DNA of 64,000 nt from Candidatus Yonathbacteria bacterium RIFCSPLOWO2_01_FULL_43_27 (GTDB lineage: Bacteria; Patescibacteriota; Minisyncoccia; Phycocordibacterales; UBA1550). The stretch spans positions 6,718-70,717 of the forward strand of contig MHUV01000003.1 of the NCBI GenBank assembly GCA_001823545.1. The letters run 5' to 3'. Each line of letters begins with the position of its first letter. The stretch's first letter is position 1. Made by a program: the position numbers and the translations under genes. Below, one piece after another: positions 18,503-28,833 of this stretch. The notes beneath the pieces are model-generated. The model ran no database searches. It was not told the DNA's origin and worked only from the letters and a program-made list of their open reading frames with translations.

Positions 18503-21340
18503 TTACCCCGTAACAATATTTATTAATTTACCCTTTACGATAATGATTTTTTTGATTTCCTGACCCCCTACCCATTTCACTACCATTTTTTCCTCCAGCG
18601 CGAGTTTCTGTATTTCCTCGTCAGAGGCAGATAAAGGGACGGTAATTGTTTCGCGTACTTTGCTGTTTACCTGAACGACAATAACGATCTCTTGCGCAGT
18701 CGTTTTTGATGGATCGTAGGTTGGCCACCGTGAGAGGTTGATTGACTCTGCGTTCCCGAGTGTATGCCATAGCTCTTCCGTAATATGTGGCGCAAATGGT
18801 GATAGGAGCACGAGGAGTGTTTCGTACTGTGAACGAAGTAGAACTGTTGCCTTCTCCATTTCATTTACCAAAATCATTAGCGCTGAGATTGCGGTATTGA
18901 AGTTAAATGATTCAATATCTTCCCCTACTTTTTTTATTGTCTTATGGAGAATTGACTCTACATCATGTGTGTCCCCTGCCGTGACAATTTTTTCTTGTAA
19001 ACGCCATACCCGCTCGAGAAAACGACGTGGTCCAATAATACTTTCGGTACTCCACGAAACAGATTGAGTAAATGGCCCCATAAACATTTCATACATGCGC
19101 ATCGTGTCTGCACCGTACTGATGGACCACATCATCAGGATTTATGACGTTGCTCCAGCGTTTGCTCATCTTGCGTCCATCGTTTGCCATAACCAAACCGA
19201 CGTTATATAAACGATTAAAAGGTTCCTCGTAATTCACCACCCCAAGATCGTACAAAAACTTATGATAGAATCGCGCGTAAATAAGGTGGCGCGTAGCGTG
19301 TTCAGCTCCACCGACATACATATCTACCGGTGACCAATATTGTTCTTTTGTATGCTCAACAAGTGCCGTGTCGTTCTTTGGATCCATATAACGAAGGTAG
19401 TACCACGATGATCCAGCCCACTGAGGCATCGTATTTGTCTCGCGTTTAGCAGGACCGCTACACGTTGGACAGGTCGTGTTTACCCAATCGGCAATATTCG
19501 CGAGTGGAGATTCTCCCGTTCCCGTAGGTTCGTACGATTCTACTTTTGGAAGAACTACGGGTAATTCATTTTCTGGTACTGCAACAACACCGCATTTTTC
19601 ACAGTGTACAAGGGGAATTGGTTCGCCCCAGTATCGTTGTCGTGAAAATACCCAATCCTCAAGACGGTACTTTGTTGTCCATTTCCCTTTTACAAAATGC
19701 GTGATATTTTTCTTCGCCTCTTCATTTGAAAGACCATTGAAATCACCAGAGTTAATGAGTACGCCACTGTCAATGTGTACCGCATCTTTTTCCTTGAGAC
19801 GAAGGAGCCAAATATCCATTTCCGCATGACACATCGTCACGGGGTTAATTTCTGATTCATCAAGCCATACGATGTCATTGTTTTCCTCTTCTTCTTTTGT
19901 AATCGAAGAACGCTCTTCATCTACCAATTCAGCATAGACCGCCGTGGTATACGAAACTCTGTTCTGGTCCTTATGCGCTGCAAAATACTCCGCGCGTACT
20001 TGCCCACCCAAAATTTGCTCGTTAGTGATATTTTTGTATCCCGTCTCCTCTAAAAGTTCTCGTCGCGCAGCATCAAGAACACTTTCTCCTTGTTCGACGC
20101 CACCCATAGGAAACGTAGTCCACCAATACTTCTTAGATTTCAAGCAAAGAAATTTCCCATTACGAGGATTTCGTATAATAACGTGCACATTTTCTCTTGT
20201 TACACTTTTCTTGCCGAGAACAGGAGGATTTCTCTTGTCGACTCTCTCAGGAATAATAACTTCTTTAACAGGAAGATGGTATTTTTTTGCAAAGGTAAAA
20301 TCTCGTACATCGTGTGCGGGTACTGCCATAACCGCTCCCGTACCGTAATGCGCAAGAACATAGTCTGCCACATACACAGGAAGCTCCTCGTTATTTGCGG
20401 GGTTTATCGCTATTACTCCTTTGAGCTGTACGCCTGTTTTTTCTTTACCAACAGCAGTGCGCTCTATTTCTGTTTTTATTTTTACCGCATCGCAATATGC
20501 TTCTACTTCGCTTTTATTAGAAACTTCCTCAAGGAGTTCACTCACGAGGGCGTGTTCTGGTGCCAATACCACATACGTCGCACCAAAAAGTGTGTCAGGA
20601 CGCGTCGTGAACACGGTAATTTTCTTGCTACCTCCCTTAATAAGGAAATCAATTTCCGCGCCTTCACTTCGCCCAATCCAATTTCGTTGTGATTCTTTGG
20701 TTGATGCGGGCCACTCAAGTTTATCGAGATCGGTAAGCAAACGGTCTGCGTAGTCGGTAATACGGAGCACCCACTGACGCATAGGTTTTTTCTCGATAAG
20801 GGTATCACATCGCTCACAACGGTCTCCGTCGAGGTCTTCGTTTGCAAGTCCCGTCAAGCATTTTGGGCACCAGTTAATAGGCTCATACGATTCATAAGCA
20901 AGACCTTTTTCGAACATTTTAAGAAAAATCCACTGTGTCCAACGATAGAAGTGCGGGTCAGTAGTATTTACTTCGCGTGACCAATCATAATCAAACCCCA
21001 GAATGGAGAGCTGTTCTTTATAACGAGCAACATTTTGTGCCGTCATAACCATCGGGTTAATTTTCATCTTGAGGGCGTAGTTTTCTGCGGGTAAACCAAA
21101 TGCATCAAAGCCCATAGGGTGAAGTACATTGAATCCCTGTAGTCTCTTCATACGAGAATACACGTCGGTTGCAATATAGCCCTTAGGATGCCCAACATGG
21201 AGACCCTCTCCAGAGGGATATGGGAACATGTCTAGTACATAGCACTTTGGTTTACTGATATCCTCTTTTGTATGATATAAGCCTGCCTTCTCCCATTGTT
21301 CCTGCCATTTCTTTTCTATCGTTCTGTGGTCGTAATTCAT
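18503..21340 (-). CDS. leuS: Leucine--tRNA ligase with inserted NUDIX domain
   Basis: MFPYPSGEGLHVGH, TTRPDT, GTGAVMAVPAHD, SRQRYWGEPIP, KMSKR; NUDIX box GGVEQGESVLDAARRELLEETG. Confidence 0.97.
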   Translation of the reverse strand: MNYDHRTIEKKWQEQWEKAGLYHTKEDISKPKCYVLDMFPYPSGEGLHVGHPKGYIATDVYSRMKRLQGFNVLHPMGFDAFGLPAENYALKMKINPMVMTAQNVARYKEQLSILGFDYDWSREVNTTDPHFYRWTQWIFLKMFEKGLAYESYEPINWCPKCLTGLANEDLDGDRCERCDTLIEKKPMRQWVLRITDYADRLLTDLDKLEWPASTKESQRNWIGRSEGAEIDFLIKGGSKKITVFTTRPDTLFGATYVVLAPEHALVSELLEEVSNKSEVEAYCDAVKIKTEIERTAVGKEKTGVQLKGVIAINPANNEELPVYVADYVLAHYGTGAVMAVPAHDVRDFTFAKKYHLPVKEVIIPERVDKRNPPVLGKKSVTRENVHVIIRNPRNGKFLCLKSKKYWWTTFPMGGVEQGESVLDAARRELLEETGYKNITNEQILGGQVRAEYFAAHKDQNRVSYTTAVYAELVDEERSSITKEEEENNDIVWLDESEINPVTMCHAEMDIWLLRLKEKDAVHIDSGVLINSGDFNGLSNEEAKKNITHFVKGKWTTKYRLEDWVFSRQRYWGEPIPLVHCEKCGVVAVPENELPVVLPKVESYEPTGTGESPLANIADWVNTTCPTCSGPAKRETNTMPQWAGSSWYYLRYMDPKNDTALVEHTKEQYWSPVDMYVGGAEHATRHLIYARFYHKFLYDLGVVNYEEPFNRLYNVGLVMANDGRKMSKRWSNVINPDDVVHQYGADTMRMYEMFMGPFTQSVSWSTESIIGPRRFLERVWRLQEKIVTAGDTHDVESILHKTIKKVGEDIESFNFNTAISALMILVNEMEKATVLLRSQYETLLVLLSPFAPHITEELWHTLGNAESINLSRWPTYDPSKTTAQEIVIVVQVNSKVRETITVPLSASDEEIQKLALEEKMVVKWVGGQEIKKIIIVKGKLINIVTG

Positions 21341-21349
21341 ATGCTTGTG

Positions 21350-22345
21350 TTATTTTGTTGGTATCTTATCAATTGGCGGGTACCGCTCTGGGTCTATAGT
21401 TCGTTCGAAACACGCGTGTCCTTTTTTGTGATGCCAATTATCTATTTTTTCTCCTTTTACATCAATAACTGCTACAGGGTATGGTCGCGATATCATGTTT
21501 GACGATCCATCCATTGTTGTGCGACTTTGTCCATTAAATACTGCGCACAACTGGAACGAAAGCGATGATGAACCCTTATACTCGTATGCTTCTTTTGTTT
21601 GTGGGTCTGTGGGTAACATAAAACCAGAAATAGGATCTGAGAGGTCACTTAATTTTTCTGGCAATCTTTTTTTCTGCTGCCAATAATTTACTACTTGCCA
21701 TTGAATATTCTGCAGGTCATTTACCCGCTGTGTATCATATCGTGCCAGACGCGCCTGTCGTGGTGTCCCTACGATAAAAAATCCTGAGATTACGGTACCA
21801 GCAACAATTACCGCAACCGCAACACCAACATAGAATATACGTCGCGGAAAATGTGTCCAGTATCCTTTCATGTCTGCAAGAAAATGTGCAAATACAATGA
21901 TTGCAACAATAATTACCGTTGCAATTTTCAAGAGGAAACGTGCGGTAAGCTCTTCGCCGTTCAAAAAGGTACTCAAGAGTACAATAAGAGTTCCCGCAAT
22001 TGTTGCACCTGAGACAAACAACGTGAATACGAGTGCCCATCGGCGCACCCAAATCTCCTGTCGCGTGGAATCAATAGATATGGTGTGGCGAATAACGCGC
22101 ATCAACACGAGGAATACCGGAACCGCAACGATTACCATTGCCATATAAGCACTGATACCGCTCTGGTAAGGGTCGATTTGGTATCCTCTCAGTGGATCGG
22201 GGTAAAGATAATTAATATACTGAAACACAAGATTAATAAACGCAATAATACTTGTATAAAATGCACCCATTGCGCCCACCCAAAGAAAGAAATCCTTAGG
22301 GGCTACGCGCGCACTTTTCCCTGGTTGTGTGGTAAGTGTTTCCAT
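21350..22345 (-). CDS. DUF5671-like membrane protein with pilin-like C-terminal domain
   Basis: Five TM segments; RYDTQRVNDLQNI, LPEKLSDL, DPQTKEAYEY, FQLCAVF. Confidence 0.75.
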   Translation of the reverse strand: METLTTQPGKSARVAPKDFFLWVGAMGAFYTSIIAFINLVFQYINYLYPDPLRGYQIDPYQSGISAYMAMVIVAVPVFLVLMRVIRHTISIDSTRQEIWVRRWALVFTLFVSGATIAGTLIVLLSTFLNGEELTARFLLKIATVIIVAIIVFAHFLADMKGYWTHFPRRIFYVGVAVAVIVAGTVISGFFIVGTPRQARLARYDTQRVNDLQNIQWQVVNYWQQKKRLPEKLSDLSDPISGFMLPTDPQTKEAYEYKGSSSLSFQLCAVFNGQSRTTMDGSSNMISRPYPVAVIDVKGEKIDNWHHKKGHACFERTIDPERYPPIDKIPTK

Positions 22346-22434
22346 ATACAATACTATACCCCACATTTAATTTCCCGACAATATTGTTATTGCTTCTCAA
22401 AAATAATTTGTGTGATAGAATACGAGTAAATTAT

Positions 22435-22863
22435 ATGGAGAATAAAAAAACAAAAATACTGATTATTGACGACAATGAGATCATTCGCATGATGTTCTCC
22501 AATATTTTCTGGTTACACGGTCTTGATGATACGTATGAACTTAATACTGTTGCCCGCGCAGATGAAGCACTAAAACAAATAGATGATCCATCTTCACGTC
22601 CTGACATTATTTTTATGGGACTCGTGATGCCATTTGAAAAAGGTGGCAAGGTAACACCAAGTGTCGAAGCAGGATTTACGATTATTAAGCATATCAAAGA
22701 AAGCTCTGACCTCTCTCGTATTCGTATTATTGTCCTCTCGGGATATCAAGATGCTGAGTTTCAACAAAAAGCGCTCGATATGGGTGTCGAACACTATCTC
22801 AAAAAGAGTGAGAGTATGCCACAAAATATTCTTGAATTAATTCGCTCGCTCCACCAGTCATAA
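22435..22863 (+). CDS. Stand-alone receiver domain lacking the phospho-acceptor Asp
   Basis: ILIIDD, PDIIFMGLVMP (D->G), IIVLSG, YLKK. Confidence 0.85.
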   Translation: MENKKTKILIIDDNEIIRMMFSNIFWLHGLDDTYELNTVARADEALKQIDDPSSRPDIIFMGLVMPFEKGGKVTPSVEAGFTIIKHIKESSDLSRIRIIVLSGYQDAEFQQKALDMGVEHYLKKSESMPQNILELIRSLHQS

Positions 22864-22867
22864 TATT

Positions 22868-24169
22868 ATGAGTACCCCTCTCGTAAAATTAGAGAATGTA
22901 AACTATTACTACAACCGCGGTAAACCGTCGGAGGTACATGCGTTGAAAAACATTAATATCGAGATCCCACGCGGTGGATACGCAGCGTTCTTCGGTCCTT
23001 CTGGTTGTGGAAAAACAACACTCACTTATTTGATTGGTGGTATTGAAACTGAAAACACCGATAGCGGTAACATTTTGATTAACGGTCGTGACCTACGTGG
23101 CCTCGAAAAGAAAGAGCTTGCGGTGTATCGCCAGATCGGTGTAGGTATTATCTTTCAGCAGTTCAACCTTTTGCCCTCCCTTACCGTACTTGACAATGTC
23201 GCTCTTCCGATGGCATTTCTAGGTATTGACGTTGAACGCCGAAAAAAGGAGGCATTGAAACTTCTTGATCGTTTCGGTATGACAAAATATTCTGCACGCT
23301 TCCCTTCTGACCTTTCAGGAGGACAGCAACAGCGCGTAAGTATTGCACGTGCGCTTTCCAATAACCCCCCGCTTATTATCGCTGACGAACCGCTCGGTAA
23401 TCTCGATTCTGAAAATGCAAATAAAGCGCTTGAGTTCTTGAAAGAGCTGAACGAAAAAGACGGGCGTACGATTATTATGGTTACACACGAATCATGGTCA
23501 TTACGTGACGCGCGTCTCGTCATTTACCTCAAAGATGGCGAGGTTATACGAACTGATGAGCCTAAAAATAAAATTGACGCCAAGAAATCACTCTCTGAAC
23601 ATTTTTATAAACAACTCTACCCCGAGAGCCCACCGGAGAACCTTATGGCGCAATCTCTTTCCAGTATGCTTGCGCGCGGGTTGTCAGGACAAGAAATAAA
23701 GCGCTTCGAGCTATTCCTCGCAGAGCGCCTCAAAGGAAACATTACTTCGGAGCATTTCATTGATTTCCTCGACCAGCCTTTTAAAGATGGCGGATTAGGA
23801 CTCTGGAAACAGCGCGCTATTAAAATCTCAGAAACAGTTGACGAACTCGCTCATAATCGTAAAAAAGTAGAGGATGTTTACCACGAGCTTGAGCGTAATC
23901 CCGAAGTTCCCCTCTATGAAGAAATATCCAAAATGCGTGACTGGCTCTTGAGTAGCTATTCGGGTACCCTGGACGAAATTGGACGCGTTCGTTTCGATGA
24001 GGCCGTTGAGGATCGTATTCGTAACGTCATCTCATCTGAACATTTCTGTCGCGTTCTCGAACTTCCCCGTAAAGACTTTGGCGTTGGACTTTCTATGAGC
24101 GCTATTCGTGGCATCTCAGAGCGACTAGAATCGGCTCTTACCGGAAAAAAATATCAGGTATTACACTAA
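22868..24169 (+). CDS. ABC transporter ATPase (LolD/MacB type) with ~200-aa C-terminal extension
   Basis: GPSGCGKT, FQQFNL, LSGGQQQR, IIADEP, VTH. Confidence 0.92.
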   Translation: MSTPLVKLENVNYYYNRGKPSEVHALKNINIEIPRGGYAAFFGPSGCGKTTLTYLIGGIETENTDSGNILINGRDLRGLEKKELAVYRQIGVGIIFQQFNLLPSLTVLDNVALPMAFLGIDVERRKKEALKLLDRFGMTKYSARFPSDLSGGQQQRVSIARALSNNPPLIIADEPLGNLDSENANKALEFLKELNEKDGRTIIMVTHESWSLRDARLVIYLKDGEVIRTDEPKNKIDAKKSLSEHFYKQLYPESPPENLMAQSLSSMLARGLSGQEIKRFELFLAERLKGNITSEHFIDFLDQPFKDGGLGLWKQRAIKISETVDELAHNRKKVEDVYHELERNPEVPLYEEISKMRDWLLSSYSGTLDEIGRVRFDEAVEDRIRNVISSEHFCRVLELPRKDFGVGLSMSAIRGISERLESALTGKKYQVLH

Positions 24170-24215
24170 GGTTGCGAGTCCATCTGTTTTTTATTTTATT
24201 TAACAACACCACATT

Positions 24216-25466
24216 ATGGAACCAACCATCACCAAGCAACCTGAAAAATTAAAAGTTGATACGGGGCACAAATTATCTGTGTGGGATCTCCTCAAGCTAT
24301 CCTTACGCGTTTTTCGTACCAAACCTGCTCGTACGATTCTCACCATTCTTGGTATGTCTGTCGGTATCGGAACTGTTGTGTTTCTTGTGTCACTCGGATA
24401 TGGTCTCCAGTACATCTTGATCGGTCGCCTTATTACCAGCGAAGACTCACTTATTACGATTGAGGCTTCGTACCCATCTGAAAGTGGAAAAAGTATCGAT
24501 GCAAAAAAAGTAGAGGAAACGAAACACGTTCAAGGAATTGCTAGCATAAGCCCTGTTGCTGAGTTTATGGGTGAAGTTTCTATTGGTGATAAATCACGCG
24601 GTATTATTCCTATTATGCGTGTTGTTCCTGCTACTTATTTTAAGATGGCAGGCGCAAGTCCCGACATTGGAGAAGCATTTACCGAAGACACTCCAGGTGC
24701 CGTTCTTTCAGCAAAAGCGCTGATGCTCTTCGGTCTTCCTGCCGATAAATCAATTCTCGGTGAAGAAATTACCGGAAGTGTCTATTATCAAAAACCCGAC
24801 GGCTCAACAGAAGAAGTGATAGTTTCAAGAATGAAAATTCGCGGTATTTTTACTGACGACCGCGAAGACCCTCTCGCCTATATCCCCTACACCTCTGTCG
24901 CACAACCACCAACGTATTTTAAAAGCATGCTCATCAAGGCACGCGATATCAATTTCGTAGAGCCTCTTCGTGATACATTAGAAAAAGAAGGGTTCCTCAT
25001 TAGTGCAAAAGTTGACCTTGTTAAGCAAGCGCGCAAGATTACCAACGCGCTCACCACGGTGCTGATGGTTTTCGGTACCGCCGCACTTATTGTGTCAGCA
25101 ATTGGAATGTTCAACACTATGATCGTGGGCTTCCTTGAACGTATTTACGAAGTGGGCGTTATGAAATCGCTTGGTGCAACAGACAAGGACGTTCAAAATT
25201 TGTTCTTGATGGAGTCATTTATCATTGGGTTTCTCGGAGGAGTGTCGGGAGTTCTCTTGGGTATGGGGGGAGGTTCGCTTATTAACTTCGTTATGAGTTC
25301 TCTCTCAAAAGGAAGTGGTGGTCTTACCCTCACGCTCTTTATTACCCCAACGTGGTTTATTATTGCGACGCTCATCCTCTCATCGTCAATCGGTGTTATC
25401 TCTGGTTTTTATCCTGCACGACGCGCGTCGTATCTTTCGCCGCGTGAAGCGTTTGTACGCAAATAG
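24216..25466 (+). CDS. ABC transporter permease (MacB/FtsX type)
   Basis: RTILTILGMSVGI, ERIYEVGVMKSLGA, GFYPARRAS. Confidence 0.92.
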   Translation: MEPTITKQPEKLKVDTGHKLSVWDLLKLSLRVFRTKPARTILTILGMSVGIGTVVFLVSLGYGLQYILIGRLITSEDSLITIEASYPSESGKSIDAKKVEETKHVQGIASISPVAEFMGEVSIGDKSRGIIPIMRVVPATYFKMAGASPDIGEAFTEDTPGAVLSAKALMLFGLPADKSILGEEITGSVYYQKPDGSTEEVIVSRMKIRGIFTDDREDPLAYIPYTSVAQPPTYFKSMLIKARDINFVEPLRDTLEKEGFLISAKVDLVKQARKITNALTTVLMVFGTAALIVSAIGMFNTMIVGFLERIYEVGVMKSLGATDKDVQNLFLMESFIIGFLGGVSGVLLGMGGGSLINFVMSSLSKGSGGLTLTLFITPTWFIIATLILSSSIGVISGFYPARRASYLSPREAFVRK

Positions 25467-25488
25467 ACAGATAGTCAACAGACAACAG

Positions 25489-25521
25489 AAAAACCCCGCA
25501 AATAATTTGCGGGGTTTTTCT
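25489..25521. terminator. Bidirectional terminator between convergent genes
   Basis: AAAAACCCCGCAAATAATTTGCGGGGTTTTT. Confidence 0.8.
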
Positions 25522-25537
25522 GTTGCTCTCATTAAAT

Positions 25538-26635
25538 TTAAATTTTAAACTCCATCACATCACCATCCTTGACGATATATTCTTTTCCTTCAGTTCGTAC
25601 CAACCCTTTTTCGCGTGCAGATCCGTACGAACCTGCGTTAAGAAGATCTTGCCAAAATACCACCTCAACACGAATAAACTTATCTTTAAAATCGGTATGA
25701 ATGGCGGTACCAGCGATAGGCGCGGTGCTTCCTTTGTGGATGGTCCATCCGCGTGTTTCAACCTCTCCGGTGGTAAAATAGGTCATAAGGCCCAACATTT
25801 CGTAGCTCTTTCGAATAAGATTATTAATCCCGTCATCTTTAACCCCGAGCTCCCCACGGAACATTTCTTTTTCTTCGCCTTCAAACTGAGAAAGCTCGTG
25901 TTCTACTCCCGCATCTACCACCACATAATGCGCTCCAAGAGATGCTAGGTATGCAAGGAGCTTATCGAATCGCTCATCACCCAGCTCGTCTAGATTGCGT
26001 CCGCCAGCTTTTTTATTAAGCACGTAGAGAATCGGCTTCATTGTAAGGAGGTGCATACTTCGCACAATCAATGCATCGTCTTCTGAAAGCGATACAGAGC
26101 GTGCGAGCAATCCCTTATCGAGAGCTTCTAGAATCTTTGTAAGTACTTCTTTTTCTTTTATCGCGCCTTTTTCGCCACGCTTCACATCACGCTCGATATT
26201 GGCGAGTCTTTTTGCAACAGTCTGCTGGTCAGCGATAACAAGCTCAAGATTGATCGTTTCAATATCGGATACAGGATTAACGTGCCCGTGCACATGGATA
26301 ACATTATCATCTTCAAAAATACGCACCACCTCGGCAATAGCATCTACTTCGCGAATATGTGAGAGAAATTTGTTTCCGAGCCCTTCACCTTCACTCGCAC
26401 CTTTTACGAGTCCTGCAATGTCTACAAATTCAATAATTGCGGGAATTGTTCTCGAAGTATGCGAAAATTCTGCAAGTTTATATAAACGCTCGTCAGGCAC
26501 GGCAACAACCCCCACCGATGGATCAATAGTACAAAATGGATAGTTCTCTGCTGGAACAGATTTTTTTGTTAATGCGTTAAAGAGTGTCGACTTCCCCACA
26601 TTAGGAAGACCGACGATGCCGATTGCAAGTGCCAT
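25538..26635 (-). CDS. ychF: Redox-regulated ATPase YchF
   Basis: GIVGLPNVGKSTLFN, YPFCTIDP, DIAGLVKGASEGEGLGNKFL, YIVKDGD. Confidence 0.97.
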   Translation of the reverse strand: MALAIGIVGLPNVGKSTLFNALTKKSVPAENYPFCTIDPSVGVVAVPDERLYKLAEFSHTSRTIPAIIEFVDIAGLVKGASEGEGLGNKFLSHIREVDAIAEVVRIFEDDNVIHVHGHVNPVSDIETINLELVIADQQTVAKRLANIERDVKRGEKGAIKEKEVLTKILEALDKGLLARSVSLSEDDALIVRSMHLLTMKPILYVLNKKAGGRNLDELGDERFDKLLAYLASLGAHYVVVDAGVEHELSQFEGEEKEMFRGELGVKDDGINNLIRKSYEMLGLMTYFTTGEVETRGWTIHKGSTAPIAGTAIHTDFKDKFIRVEVVFWQDLLNAGSYGSAREKGLVRTEGKEYIVKDGDVMEFKI

Positions 26636-26816
26636 ATATTTTTATATCTTTTGATACTCGCATTTTTTGCAGGAAAACTCAAGTAAATCTACAAATTTCA
26701 ATATTTTAATCTATATAAATAAGTGCGCATAATATTGACAAATAGAAAAAATATCTCTATGCTGTATAGAGAAGGTTTTTGTAAAAATCATTGCCAATAG
26801 GCACAAGGGGGTAAAA

Positions 26817-27308
26817 ATGGAAGAGAGCAAAAGAAACGAGAAGCTGTATTGTCTGTTTCAAGAGCTTGGCGGATTTTATCCTTCCATGGGCACCATTTTT
26901 CTTCCCGAATCTGAACGCATAGAAGAGTTGATGAAAAGACTCGAAGCGTACCAGAAAAAAGAGAAGATTGATTCCGCTCAAAAGGTAGCAAGACTTCTTC
27001 CTGAGCCTCAGCGGACAAATGAGTTAAAGAAGATTTTTGAATCATACCGAGAGAGGAGTAAATACAAAGAGGCAGAAGAAGTAGCACTGCTTCTTCCCGA
27101 GCCACACAGAAGTGATTCACTAGTAATAGTCCTCAGATTTTATTTTGATCAATTTTCGGTTGATAACCCCCTGAGGATCGTACGTATCCTTCAGGAACCT
27201 CAGAGGGCAAATGAGTTAATGAAGATGCTCGAAGTGTGCATCGAAAAATACAAGCACGAGGATGCTCGAAAAGTGGCAGATGTAATCCTCGAAGACTATA
27301 GAAAATAA
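26817..27308 (+). CDS. Hypothetical helical-repeat protein (SD-type cassette)
   Basis: Three ~31-aa repeats (LLPEPQR/LLPEPHR/ILQEPQR); TTGACA-17-TATGCT promoter, AAGGGGGT SD, hairpin 27329-27365. Confidence 0.75.
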   Translation: MEESKRNEKLYCLFQELGGFYPSMGTIFLPESERIEELMKRLEAYQKKEKIDSAQKVARLLPEPQRTNELKKIFESYRERSKYKEAEEVALLLPEPHRSDSLVIVLRFYFDQFSVDNPLRIVRILQEPQRANELMKMLEVCIEKYKHEDARKVADVILEDYRK

Positions 27309-27384
27309 CCCGCTGTGCCACAAAACGCAAGAGGTCACACAAAATGTTGTGTGACCTCTTTTTTTAAACACCCTAACAATAAAA

Positions 27385-27609
27385 TTACTGCATTATCTTT
27401 TGCAATTCTGCTTGATGCGCGCGCATCACCTCAAGTGCTGCGGCCTGTTCTGAACGGCCACTTTTTACTTTTGCTTTGATTTCGTCGCCAATTTTCTTGA
27501 ATATTTCAGGATTCTTGCCCACAATATCAACAATGCGATCAACTTCGCTTTCGGGTAACCCCTTTAATTGCCTTTTTACTACTTGTTTTAATAAGAAATC
27601 TTTAATCAT
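27385..27609 (-). CDS. Conserved small hypothetical protein
   Basis: MIKDFLLKQVVKRQLKG...NPEIFKKIGDEIKAKVKSG. Confidence 0.7.
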   Translation of the reverse strand: MIKDFLLKQVVKRQLKGLPESEVDRIVDIVGKNPEIFKKIGDEIKAKVKSGRSEQAAALEVMRAHQAELQKIMQ

Positions 27610-27660
27610 ATATTTGAATTGTGTTATAATAGCACAAAATAAAAGGTAATCAAACAACCC

Positions 27661-28833
27661 ATGCCACACCATCCCGCAAAAAAAACAATGCTCCTTCTTG
27701 TGTATCTTGCAAGTTTTCTTTATTCGTTCCACTACGCACTCCCCCTCTATATCGAATCGTCATTCATTGCCCAGTTTCTTTCCACAGAAGAAATGATTGG
27801 CGTTATTTTTTCTATTGCCGCAATCATTTCTGTGGTAAGTATTTTTTTCTTTCCGAGAGTTCTTCGAAAATTTGGAAATTATCGTACCACGCTTGCAATT
27901 ATGGGGCTGGAAATTGCAACCCTTCTTTCGCTGGTGGCATTTTCAATACCGCTTGTTGTGGTGGGTCTCTTTATAGTACACCAAGCACTCCTTAGTCTTA
28001 TATTTTTAAACCTCGATACTTTTGTAGAGTCATACTCAGACAACCAGTCAACAGGAAGCATCCGTGGTGTTTTTATGACGGTTCTCAATATCGCGATAGC
28101 GATTGCGCCATTCCTTGCGGGACTTATGCTTACGGACCACGATTTCTGGAAAGTCTATCTCGCGGGAGCAATATTTATGTCCCTTTGCTTTCTGGTGATT
28201 GCGAAAAATTTTAAACACTACATTGACCCACAATACCTCGTGCCAAAGTTTAAAGATACAATAAAAACGGTGCTGAAAAGCCACGACCTTCATTCTGTCA
28301 TCTTTCTTCATTTCCTGCTCGCCTTCTTTTTTTCATGGATGGTAATTTATACACCTATCTATCTCAATAAGCACATTGGCATACCTATGAGTGATATCTT
28401 GAGCGTCATCATTCCTGTAGCACTCCTTCCCTTCATCTTTTTTGAAGCAATATTAGGCAGAATTGCGGACACGAAACTGGGAGAAAAGGAAATCGTTACT
28501 ATGGGGTTCCTTTTGATGGCAGTTGCCACCATGGGACTTTCGTGGATCACCTCAACCAGTGTTGTAGTATGGGCAGTTGCACTCCTTATTACCCGCATTG
28601 GCGCGAGCGCTGTAGAGTCTATGATTGAGAGTTATTTTTATAAAAAAGTAGGCCCCGAAGAAATCAATCTCGTAACCTTTATGCGTATGGTACGCGGAAG
28701 CGCTTATATTGTCGGACCACTTCTTGGCTCGCTCGTACTTTCGTTCATCAATTTCCGCTTCCTCTTTTTTACGCTTGGAATTATCGTTCTTACCAGTATC
28801 CCCTACACGCTCACGATCAAGGATACTAAATAA
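27661..28833 (+). CDS. MFS transporter
   Basis: About 12 TM segments; GRIADTKLGEK motif A-like loop. Confidence 0.88.
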   Translation: MPHHPAKKTMLLLVYLASFLYSFHYALPLYIESSFIAQFLSTEEMIGVIFSIAAIISVVSIFFFPRVLRKFGNYRTTLAIMGLEIATLLSLVAFSIPLVVVGLFIVHQALLSLIFLNLDTFVESYSDNQSTGSIRGVFMTVLNIAIAIAPFLAGLMLTDHDFWKVYLAGAIFMSLCFLVIAKNFKHYIDPQYLVPKFKDTIKTVLKSHDLHSVIFLHFLLAFFFSWMVIYTPIYLNKHIGIPMSDILSVIIPVALLPFIFFEAILGRIADTKLGEKEIVTMGFLLMAVATMGLSWITSTSVVVWAVALLITRIGASAVESMIESYFYKKVGPEEINLVTFMRMVRGSAYIVGPLLGSLVLSFINFRFLFFTLGIIVLTSIPYTLTIKDTK

